Origin: Asterionella formosa
Taxonomy: Eukaryota
DNA: 55,970 nt
Direction: 5' to 3'
Assembly (NCBI GenBank): GCA_002256025.1
Contig: NKIB01013530.1
Location: 1-55,970 of the forward strand
In this document: piece by piece, positions 1 to 9,908 of the stretch
How positions within the stretch are numbered: the stretch's first letter is position 1
Layout of the letters: the number at the start of each line of letters is the position of its first letter
Notes under the pieces: generated by a model
Database searches by the model: none
Told to the model about the DNA's origin: nothing
The model's input: only the letters and a program-made list of their open reading frames with translations
Position numbers and translations under genes: made by a program

Positions 1-1606
1 GTTCTTCCTCGTACCACTTGTACTAACGAGCCCGCTACCATGTTGAAATATATGGCGCCACTCTAGCGCGCTCCAGTACTGCCCTGGAATGACCGGTCAA
101 GATCTTTCTCACGCCGCTCGTCTGCAGATTCTTCTGCTATATAAATCCTGTCTATTTCCGTTTAGACATTCCTCAGACTACCTAGTCTTCGGACACCTGT
201 CGACATCAACAGCCTAACAGACACACTCTGACATTGATGTACCGGTAGTATGGGACCGCTTCCAAATGTCATACGACGTAGAATAACTCGCTTGTACCTG
301 GTACCACTCGAGAATACCGGAAGACCAGGGAAACAGGGGATGTGGACGAAGCGCGGCACAGGAGCCAACTAAAAAACCTAGCAAAATTAAGGTGAAGTTC
401 GAAAGCAAGCAAGCAACATGTAAACCATGCAAGAAGGTCATGGAAGAAGCGATCTGCCAGCGAAACAACCATGCAGAGGGTTCAAGGCAGAAAGCTCACA
501 ATTCTGTGAATTAGCTTTCGACAAAGCAAATTGTTGATCACAAAGCCTTGCAAATTTAAAGTCATTAGATGAAAATTCACCCACCAAAGGTTAATGTGCA
601 AAACTCGACTGCAGATATGGGAGACCCAGAGGAAAGGAACTGCACAAGCTACTTAAAAAAAAATTCAAAAAACCAACTACGAGTCTAGAGATAAGTTGGT
701 CAACAAATCAACCTCAACAAAGAATCAAAATAGAAACAAAGGAACATTTGCAGAAAAGGCAGTCAAATGAGTCGGTAATTGAGTTGAAGTAACTTTGCAA
801 TAAAAGAACAACCAACACCTGGGATTACAATGTGATCCCCCACCAAAGTACCGGGTACTAACCAGATCCGATGATGCTTGTTGCCTGTGCTGAGCAGACA
901 AACAGGAAATGGTATTGTCATCGAGGTACGGTCATTCCTAAACATGAATACCCAGTAGGTAATACTGTTTGAGAAATCCTTCAAAATGCCCCAACATAGT
1001 GTTATAACTATAATAAAGCAGCAGAAAAGAGCGTCCATTCACTCCAGGGATCCCAATGTCCTCCACCATATTACTAGCAGGGCCTGATGATCCTTGCCTT
1101 CCCTGAACAGACTTGATGATCGAAACACATTGTATACCTGTTTGAAAAAGATTACACTATCAAGTATCGGCATGGAGTATTCTGTATTATGCATACTTGC
1201 TTTGGCATGTCAAAGCGAAATGTAAATACACAGGCATATGTTGAATAAGTTTCTGACGTTAAAATTGGTCGATGGGTTGGAGAATCGAAATGCGAATGGA
1301 AAATTGAGACAGAGGGGCAACCACCGGATTCTCTCTTTGGAAGGCAAAATGATTCGGCTATAACTCTTGGTCGTGACCACAGTACTGTACTTGATTTAGC
1401 TTCATGACAATGCTCCTGTCAAGTGAGTTGTAGATATCAGGTGGAAGGACAAAAGTAAAGGAATGTTGGCACTGGCCTTATTCTTTGTGTCAACAGAATC
1501 ACCAACATATCAATAAGTATCTATGTATCAATGTCGGGATCATAATGTGATAGACTCTGCACTATCTCGGGTTTGTTGAAAACGAATCTTGTCAATGCGA
1601 TAATAT

Positions 1607-3034
1607 TCAACTTCGTCGTGGTTTGGGCCTCCTCGCTTTGGATGGTCGCTGTGTCTTGTCCGAATCAATCCCTCCTTCACTTCTCCGCTTTGATCGCCTC
1701 CCTTCGCCAGCCAATCCATGCCCACGCTTGCCATTGCCTCGACTCATGGCTCGTTTCAAAACAAGACTGACTCTTCCATTATTCTCAGCTTCCCCTTCTG
1801 CTGCGTATACGGCATGATAAAAGTCATCGTTGCACGTTCCCCACATCTTTACAATGTCGCCCGAAAAGAGATGAATAACTGCTGGTGCATTCGCAGCTTC
1901 TCCAATATTGATGCCAAATCTTTGCTTGCTTGATTCCCATTCGTTCCAAGCTGTCATTCCGGGGATAGGCCGAAAGGCAAAACGTCTCGCATCGCCCGCG
2001 GCCACAACACATGTCAATCGCTCCCAAAAGGTGCCATGTTCCGGATCTGTGTGGAATTTGCATGCAGCTTCAGCATCTGGGTAGTGATTGCATAATGCAC
2101 AGTCAAAGTAAGAAGAAGCTAGTTCGAAATCACAGAGAGCCCGTTCAACCGCTCGCATAGTGGCACCAACAACCGAAGGAATTGGATTGGGGGTCATCAG
2201 CTTGCCACTATAGGCTAATGCACCAATGTCGGAATCGGCCAACCAAGTTGTGGCTCGTCTTTCCGTTACTGTTGATCCAGTTCTAGTCACAATAGTATCA
2301 AAATTGAATGGAATCTCACTGCGTAGTGTGGCAACGACATCGTTACTGGGGACAATCTCAGTCCAATCTAGTCCAAGCGGTATGATATCAAAAGGAAGCC
2401 CCGCGACCAAATCATCGAGGATGGAGAGATCTAGCAAGTCTTTCAGGTTCAATCTAGATATAATTCCCCGGGAAGCCCATCGAATTTCAACGACCTTTGA
2501 CAGTGGCATGTACGGTGCCATTGCAATTGCTCGTGCTATCAACTGTCGAACTCCTTCTACTGCGTCGTCGGCTAGCTTAATGGATTCTGAGTTCCCAAAC
2601 ATACAATGAAGTCCCAATAGAGCTTGTTTAACATAGACTCCTTCCTTTTCCCATCGATCACTCTCAAAGGGAATGGACGCTCCTAAAATCGCTCGAGTTA
2701 GCCGGGTATCCTCTTGTTCCGCATGGTACATGGTTCCTCCAAGTCTTTCCAGTAGCTGAGCACTCCATCGTTGGCGCTTCTCGTGATGCACTCGTTGTGA
2801 TTGTAGATGAGGAGCTATATTTGGGTCGGTTGGTAACCATAAGGACGATGCTACTTGTAGCAAGTCGTGCGCGGTCCTGGCAACTTGAATGGCCTGGCCA
2901 ACGGAATGTGATTTGTTTGGAAGGGCAAGCGACATGGTCGTCACCGCGAAGGATTTCACTTCTCGAAACAAGACGAAAACCAAGAAAGAAAGGATGCATT
3001 GCGGTGGGAGCCGCCGCCGTTTCATTATTTCCAT
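1607..3034 (-). CDS. AlkB-like 2OG-Fe(II) dioxygenase, probable bipartite (plastid) targeting peptide
   Basis: 475-aa ORF. Motifs LAYSGK, FDCALCNHY, HxD (KFHTD), distal His (FYHAV) and GRVSLVLKR match the AlkB/2OG-FeII_Oxy_2 fold. Hydrophobic N-terminus followed by VKS|FAV. Confidence 0.85.
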   Translation of the reverse strand: MEIMKRRRLPPQCILSFLVFVLFREVKSFAVTTMSLALPNKSHSVGQAIQVARTAHDLLQVASSLWLPTDPNIAPHLQSQRVHHEKRQRWSAQLLERLGGTMYHAEQEDTRLTRAILGASIPFESDRWEKEGVYVKQALLGLHCMFGNSESIKLADDAVEGVRQLIARAIAMAPYMPLSKVVEIRWASRGIISRLNLKDLLDLSILDDLVAGLPFDIIPLGLDWTEIVPSNDVVATLRSEIPFNFDTIVTRTGSTVTERRATTWLADSDIGALAYSGKLMTPNPIPSVVGATMRAVERALCDFELASSYFDCALCNHYPDAEAACKFHTDPEHGTFWERLTCVVAAGDARRFAFRPIPGMTAWNEWESSKQRFGINIGEAANAPAVIHLFSGDIVKMWGTCNDDFYHAVYAAEGEAENNGRVSLVLKRAMSRGNGKRGHGLAGEGRRSKRRSEGGIDSDKTQRPSKARRPKPRRS

Positions 3035-4383
3035 TGCTCTCGGGCACTAAATGGGGAATAAATATATACCAGTGTACCGGTAGCCATATGAGCAAATTTC
3101 AGAAATAAAAGCGAAATAAAGAGTGTGTCGAATAGGGGACCAAGTAAATAGCCCAAGAATAGCCAGCTCTCCTATGCTGAATGCAAGCAATAAAACGCAA
3201 CTACCGGTATAATATACCAATAGACAAAGGACTACCGGGTAGACGTAAAATATAAAATATCAAAGCAAGTGGCGGTGGATAGGAATTTTTAGCTATGTTT
3301 TCCTTATAGTTAAAACTGTGTTTTACCGAAACTCCCATAGGTACGCAGAATAGGTATACCGGTACCAGGTACTCTCCTGCCGAAGGTCTCGTTAAACACG
3401 TTTTATGCTTCGAAAAAGGTTAAGCTAAATATCTCGATTACCGCCCCTTCCTTGGAGCTCAGGAATGCGCGGTAATCTGTAGCTGAAGTACCTGTAATAC
3501 TCCCTCTGTCCACTATTAGTTGCATTGAAAAATCTGGCAGATATAGCCAATATAATAGTGATCTGGAGGGATATGTTCTTGAGATCATGTTCTAAAAATC
3601 GAAAAGGAGGAGACTACCTTGTTATGGCTTGATTCTTACTTTGGAGTGCATCTATCCATCTGCTTCTTCTCATTTTCAACATGACCTGCTGTTATGTTGC
3701 CTGCCTTGCAAAGTAAGGAAGAGGAGGGCCCCAACCACCAGACAACAACTTGAGAAGCAATGTATTCCCTAAACAAGGGAAATTCTTCCCAGTTTGAAGA
3801 AGGATTCAAAAAAGTTACAGTTAGAAAAGTATAGACTATTGCCTAATGGATCTGTATGTATTCAGTACCCACATATGATCATGTATTCCTACAGGTCAAA
3901 CCACGTCTATTTATTTATGATTGGGGACAAACCCGAACGAACTGCTTAATAGGCTATGAGCTGTTGACTCCTAGCCAATAGTACACCGGTAGCCAGGTTA
4001 GTGTACATACCGGTAGATCGGTAGTTCATACTATGCAGTGCAGGCACTGGTAACTGTAGCTACCGGTGGCATCGGGGTGTACCTGGTACCTGATACTCGA
4101 ACAGGTAGGGGTATACCTGGTTCCTTTGACATGGTGGTTGTTACCAGGTACCACCCAGTACATATGTACCTGCGTTCACAATAATATTTAAGGGACTGTG
4201 ATAGGATCAATGTTCGCATCTGTACTCCGTCGACCCGCCTCGCCTCACAGCAGGAAAAACATGAGGAATGTACATGTAATTGTTCCTCATAATGACAAGT
4301 AATAATCAAAACTTTACAGCACACATCGTGTTGATAGACTAGAATACCTGGTACCTGGGAATTGACGACTATCATCTTCAAAC

Positions 4384-6522
4384 ATGCCTCCTGTTGGTAA
4401 ACAAATTTTATGTCACTACGAAGTTCTCGACGTGGCTCGAGACGCCGATGCGTCTGAAATCAAAAAGGCGCATCGTAAGCTTGCCTTGAAACTTCATCCC
4501 GACAAGAACAACGGCGAAACGATGGACTCGTTCCGGTTGGTTCAACAAGCATACGAGTGCTTGTCTGATCCTTCGGAACGAAAGTGGTACGATCAACATC
4601 GCGAAGCCATCTTGCAAGGGTGGTCAGGTGTTGGCGAATCGACCAACAAGATGGACATTCTATTCGATGTTGTTCCGTTTCAACATGCGACATGCTACAA
4701 TGGCTACGGAGATGATGAGGAAGGCTTCTATCATGTGTATAACATGGTGTTTGAGCTAGTGTTTGAGGGTGAAGATAAAGGATGGACGAGTGAAGGCAAC
4801 ATTGAAGCCATGCCTCTACTGTTTCTGCCCACTAGATTTGGATTTGCCGATTCTGAGTGGTCTGAAGTTTCGGCTTTCTATCAAGCGTGGGAATCCTTTA
4901 GTTCGTGCCTCGCCTATGCTTGGACTGATAAATACGATACGAAGGAAGCTCCGAACCGCCGGATCCGCCGTGCCATGGAAGACGAAAACAAAAAGGCACG
5001 CCGTACTGCTCGACGAGAACGGAACGAAAATATTGAGGCACTGGTGCATTTCGTCAAACGACGAGATCCTCGTGTGAAGGCACAAAGAATCAGAATAGAA
5101 GAGGAAAGGCAACAAAAGGAGTTGATTCAAAAGGAAGAGGCGACAAGGAAAAAGGAACTGGCCAAAGAAGCACGGGAAGAATGGAAGCGAAATGCTGAAC
5201 TACAAATGGCACAGGCACAGGAGGAGGATCGACTGGCAGGAAGAATTCGGTTGGCTGATTTAGAAGACGGCTACGACTACAGTGGTGGAGGAAAGCGTGG
5301 CAAGGGGAAATGCAAAAAAGGAAAGAATGTCACCGTCGAGCCTGAACTGGAGCCTGAGGAATACTATTGGGCAGACTCTGATGTGGAGGAAGAAATGATT
5401 GCTGGTACCGATATTGTTGCTACAGGCGACCAAGTTGACGCTGGGGGCCAGCAACCGGTTGGAAGTATCGGCAAGACTGAAGTCGAAGAGGCCATCGATA
5501 TCCAAGGGGCGAAATTGACTTGGCGGTGTGAATGCTGTCGAAAGAACTTCGACAATGAAGACTTGTTGAAGAATCACTCAAAGGGCAGAAGCCATCGCGA
5601 GGCCCGTTCGAAGTATCTAGCTAGTCAGGCCGAGCAGCAGAAGAGGCAAGCCGATGAAATTCATGAAAAAAAAGAATACTTGGATCTGGAGGGTGGCAAG
5701 CGACGAGGCGGGCGGAAGCAGAGGTACCAAACCATTCCGTCCGAGTCTTATTCCCCCTACAATATTAGAGATGTGCCATCAGTCACATTACAACGAATGG
5801 AGTTGGGTGAAAAAGAGAAGATAGAAACAATTAATGGATCAGGGGTTACGGAAGAGATTCGGGACAGGACGACCAACGGACAAAAAAATGAATCCGAGGC
5901 AGTGAAGGTTTGGCGGTGCGACTACTGTCTCAAGAATTTCAAAAGTTTGGGACAGATGGAACACCACACCGGTGGCAAGAAACACCAGGAAGCAGTTAAA
6001 ATGCATCAAATGGAGGAAGATCAGAAGAGAGCCAAGGAATTGCAAGCTCTTCAAGATGCTCAAGCCCTAGAACTGGCTGAAAAGATTCAACTCGCCACCA
6101 TTGACACCAGCTATGATTATTCTGGAAATGGCAAACGAAAGGATAACAAGAAGAAAGAAAAAAAGCGTTTAGGCGAGCCAGAATCTGGTAAGGGTTCAGA
6201 CTTTTGCCTCGAAACGAGTGAAGAAGTCACCCCCGAACTGAAAGTTGAAGAGGATATTGATGTGACTTTAGAGGAGCTGTCTTCACCTGACGACTTACCT
6301 GATGTCGACCGTGCGATTTCTGAAGACGAATCAGAGGAGTCTCAACCTCAAATTTGGAACTGTGAAAGCTGCCGAAAGGATTTCAAGAGTGAAGGTCAGA
6401 TGGAGAATCACATGAAAAGCAAGAAACACAAAGAAGCCTTGAAAAAATACCAAGCGCAGCAAAAGAGGGTGGCGATGCAAGACAGGGAAGCACTCCTCGA
6501 CGAGCTAGCCCTACATCCATAG
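4384..6522 (+). CDS. DNAJC21: DnaJ subfamily C member 21 / Jjj1-like J-protein (60S maturation), three C2H2 (JAZ-type) zinc fingers
   Basis: N-terminal J-domain with HPD and WYDQHRE. Zuotin-homology motifs APNRRIRRAMEDENKK and LVHFVKRRDPRV. Three W-x-CxxC-x-K-x-F...H-x5-H fingers. Confidence 0.9.
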   Translation: MPPVGKQILCHYEVLDVARDADASEIKKAHRKLALKLHPDKNNGETMDSFRLVQQAYECLSDPSERKWYDQHREAILQGWSGVGESTNKMDILFDVVPFQHATCYNGYGDDEEGFYHVYNMVFELVFEGEDKGWTSEGNIEAMPLLFLPTRFGFADSEWSEVSAFYQAWESFSSCLAYAWTDKYDTKEAPNRRIRRAMEDENKKARRTARRERNENIEALVHFVKRRDPRVKAQRIRIEEERQQKELIQKEEATRKKELAKEAREEWKRNAELQMAQAQEEDRLAGRIRLADLEDGYDYSGGGKRGKGKCKKGKNVTVEPELEPEEYYWADSDVEEEMIAGTDIVATGDQVDAGGQQPVGSIGKTEVEEAIDIQGAKLTWRCECCRKNFDNEDLLKNHSKGRSHREARSKYLASQAEQQKRQADEIHEKKEYLDLEGGKRRGGRKQRYQTIPSESYSPYNIRDVPSVTLQRMELGEKEKIETINGSGVTEEIRDRTTNGQKNESEAVKVWRCDYCLKNFKSLGQMEHHTGGKKHQEAVKMHQMEEDQKRAKELQALQDAQALELAEKIQLATIDTSYDYSGNGKRKDNKKKEKKRLGEPESGKGSDFCLETSEEVTPELKVEEDIDVTLEELSSPDDLPDVDRAISEDESEESQPQIWNCESCRKDFKSEGQMENHMKSKKHKEALKKYQAQQKRVAMQDREALLDELALHP

Positions 6523-7051
6523 TCAAATTTATAGAGAAAGATTAAATCGTCTGCGACAAGCAGCTGCTAGCGCCTACTACCCAAATATCATTAATGGCCT
6601 TTCTAGGCCTGCTCCAGGGTTAACCTCTCGCCAACAACAATACCGCTCCTTTCGAAATCAGTGCTTGCGTTCGAAGAAAACGAGTTCTGGATCGGAAATC
6701 TAATTCTCTCCGATTTACGGGAATTAAAGGGTCCCAATGAGTTCTCAAGGATGGCCGCGTCATTCCTCATAATTGCTGAGTGGACCAGAGGACAGTACCA
6801 ACACTGCCTGTACTCGCTACAGTTCACTCAAGATCGATAATTAACCGTACAGTATCTGTCGAAATGAGCATTTTCCCATCACTAAATCCATTATCCGTCA
6901 AGCTAAAACTTAGCCATTGTGTTATTGCTCTGGCGGTCTATAGTAAACAGGGCTAAAAGCTAAGTCTCGTAAACGTTTATGGGGGGGGGGGGAAGACATG
7001 CAACTTTGGACTGACTTATTCTGTTCCCGACAAGCTGAGAAGTGGAAACGT

Positions 7052-8665
7052 TTAATTGGCAACAGAGCTAACATCTAATAGATGGGGAGCGGCAAGGATG
7101 ATTCGATACAATTGGTCAATATTGTCATGAGGAACAGCGGCTGCATATTGGTATGGAAGTAAACCGCCATTTTCAGGAACAAAAAGAGCACCTGGGTATG
7201 CATGGATAAGCATTTCTAATGAAGCCCACGGTTGTCCAGATTTGATGGCAAGATGAAGGGGTAAGTGGCCGTCGCTATCTCGATAACTTGCTGTGTCAGT
7301 ACAAGATTCCAATACCAATTGGAGTGCCCTCGTTCTAATGTGTTCCGTGTCGTCTTCGAAAGATGATAACTCATGGGAAGTGATGTAATGGATGGGTAGT
7401 TTTCCATCGCCACTCCTTTCTAGGAGCTCGTGAGGATATAGTTTGGTGGAAAGTATCAATATTCCGACAGGACATCTCGGCAATGAAGCTGCCGCATGAG
7501 TCGTTCTCCATTTGGGCATTTTATGTCGGCATCTCAACAAGCGAGATAGCAGCATCCAGGTTTCAGAATCATAGCATGTAAGAGTATCCTGGAGTAAAGC
7601 TTCGTTAGTGTCTGCAACATCATGAACGACTGGGATCGATACAACAATTGAATTCGTTGCGAAGATGGGACTTAGCTCTATAATTTCGGTAGCGACCGAA
7701 ACCAGGTGAGGAGCACTTCTGAGTAGCTCGTACACCACCGTCAAAGAACAAATTTCACAGGAAGCTGCCATCTGAAACGGATAGAGGCTTGTTTCAAAGT
7801 TTCGTTGACTCAATGCATCCGGAGAAGCATAGATAAGTCGCTTCAGCTGCTCCCACGATCTTCCTGTCTCTACAGCAATATGCAGCGGAAGGCGGCCCTT
7901 TCCATCTCTGATCGTACATGCTTCTGGAAACCACTCAAGTAGAGATGTCATTTTATCAGTTGTGCCTTGTTCGATTTCACTACTGTTGCATGAATCTAAA
8001 ATCACGTGTAGTGGCATTCTACCATACTTGTCTCTTAATCGCACCTGCTCAGGGAATAACCTAAAACTGAGTTGAAGCACCTGTAATGAACAGGATGACA
8101 CCGAAGCTGCCGCATGAAGGCCGTTCCAGTCACGTATCTTCTGAGCGGAACAATAGTGAAGCATTGCGTGCAGTTTGGCCCATATTTGAGCTCCATCTCT
8201 ACCTCCCTCACAAACATATTGAACCAATGTTTCCGTATCCCCACCAAACAATCGTTCGTACGACGACCACAGTGCACAAAGGTCGTGTACATTGAGATCA
8301 CGACTGGGACGAGCATCAATGAGGAGCTGCAGAATCGCATACGGAGCTCGTCTCCAACACGCAGCGTTCATTGGACAAAATTCGTTGGGGGGACAGATCA
8401 TGGCCCCGGGAAACGCGTCCAACAGTAATTGAATCGTCTGTAACCGAGGATAATTGTCCACACGACGGGCAACCGCTCGATACAAGGGAGTTGCACCATA
8501 GATATCCTTTTGCGATGCTTCGACGGGGTGCGTTCTGATACGACTCTCGACAAGGTACCACTTGACGTTGCGTGCAACCAAGTAGCGAAGAAGGATTGTT
8601 GAGCACTCATCCTCAGCTGGTTGTGCCGTGAAGCTGGGCGATCGCGAGCGAAACCGAAGGGACAT
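7052..8665 (-). CDS. Ankyrin-like repeat protein (diatom-type DxxGxLPLH repeats)
   Basis: 537-aa ORF with repeated DIYGATPLY, DKYGRMPLH, DGKGRLPLHIA, GDGKLPIH, DSDGHLPLHLA and LYPFQMAA motifs. Confidence 0.8.
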   Translation of the reverse strand: MSLRFRSRSPSFTAQPAEDECSTILLRYLVARNVKWYLVESRIRTHPVEASQKDIYGATPLYRAVARRVDNYPRLQTIQLLLDAFPGAMICPPNEFCPMNAACWRRAPYAILQLLIDARPSRDLNVHDLCALWSSYERLFGGDTETLVQYVCEGGRDGAQIWAKLHAMLHYCSAQKIRDWNGLHAAASVSSCSLQVLQLSFRLFPEQVRLRDKYGRMPLHVILDSCNSSEIEQGTTDKMTSLLEWFPEACTIRDGKGRLPLHIAVETGRSWEQLKRLIYASPDALSQRNFETSLYPFQMAASCEICSLTVVYELLRSAPHLVSVATEIIELSPIFATNSIVVSIPVVHDVADTNEALLQDTLTCYDSETWMLLSRLLRCRHKMPKWRTTHAAASLPRCPVGILILSTKLYPHELLERSGDGKLPIHYITSHELSSFEDDTEHIRTRALQLVLESCTDTASYRDSDGHLPLHLAIKSGQPWASLEMLIHAYPGALFVPENGGLLPYQYAAAVPHDNIDQLYRIILAAPHLLDVSSVAN

Positions 8666-8859
8666 GGCAAAATCGCTAAATCACAGAAATTTTGGCAGTG
8701 AGGGGAAGAGCGAGGACTCCCTGAGACAATCACAATCACATCTTGGTCATCTATGCAAGTTCTTTGTCGTTTTTGTTCTTCATCACGGCGAGGCTTCTTT
8801 CCATTAGCTAGACTGGTTCAATTTGCGCGATTACTATTATATTTATATTTCATACCGGT

Positions 8860-9521
8860 AGTTGAAACATAGAGATTCCTGATTCCAGATCAGGTTATGA
8901 GAGTGTCAATATATTTTCATCTCTAGTGACCTGATAAGGAACATGTACCTGGTACCACAATCCACTAGAAAGGACACATGGTTAAATATCGCGTGTAAAA
9001 TGCCACAGTTGAGAGAGGAACTTTCAGGAGAAGTTTTCTCTAACCTTTTAAATGGACTCTAGGAGGCAATCAGACCTAGAGGCCAAATCAACAAGTGATT
9101 GATTAGACAATTTCAGAGAAATGTCCGCAAAATCAAGGAACATTAAAGAAGCAAACTAGATATGATCTAGTTATGGTTAACAGGATCATTCTATAAGCAG
9201 TCTTCGATCAAACAGCAATTGGCCTAAGTTGAGACAGGTCAAGATTAGACAAATGTGTATCTAGGATGAGAATGCATGTAGTTTATTCTCAGTTCAAGTT
9301 GGGAACACAAATGAACCTCACCTCCAAAGATCACCTCTATTTTGAAACATGCATGAGTTTGGAAGTTTCAAAATTATACATTCCAATTTACATTTACATT
9401 AAGCTCACTCTTTTATAAAAGCAACTATCAGCAAACAAAGTAAAACAAACAATTGTGTAGAAACAATTTTTCTAGCAATTTTTAATGCGTGAGAGCTACA
9501 GATTCGCAGCATCTACCAACT
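8860..9521. mobile_element. 662-bp interspersed element, copy 1 (solo-LTR-like; AGTTG..CAACT ends; 5-bp TSD CCGGT)
   Basis: Reverse-complement homolog of 49014-49675 over its whole length. Flanked by CCGGT at 8855-8859 and 9522-9526. Confidence 0.85.
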
Positions 9522-9908
9522 CCGGTATGATAGGGTTTTGATACATACCGGTACCGGTAGATAGACTACGGTAGTTAGTTATAGTACTGGTAGTCTCGTT
9601 TACAGTCCGGCGTACAGCTATATACCGGTATATGTTTTATTTATTGAATGTATATTCGTGGATTTACATGTCAAATGCCTACTATCCCTGGAACCGTGGT
9701 GCCTCATTGCGCTCCCATGAACAATTGTAAACTGATACCATGAGGACATGGAGATCGCTGCAATATATCATGTAGGAAATTGAATGACCAAAGCATTACC
9801 TGATAAGGGAGGAGTGCGAGCAAGCTCAACACATATCTAAGATGCCATGTAAAGCAACAGTAAAAGTGATCCAGGCTATAATATTTTTAGACAGGAACAG
9901 AATAATTC

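Noticed and set aside
763..1100. Short minus-strand ORF
   Set aside because: No recognisable motif, and it contains footprint-like sequence.
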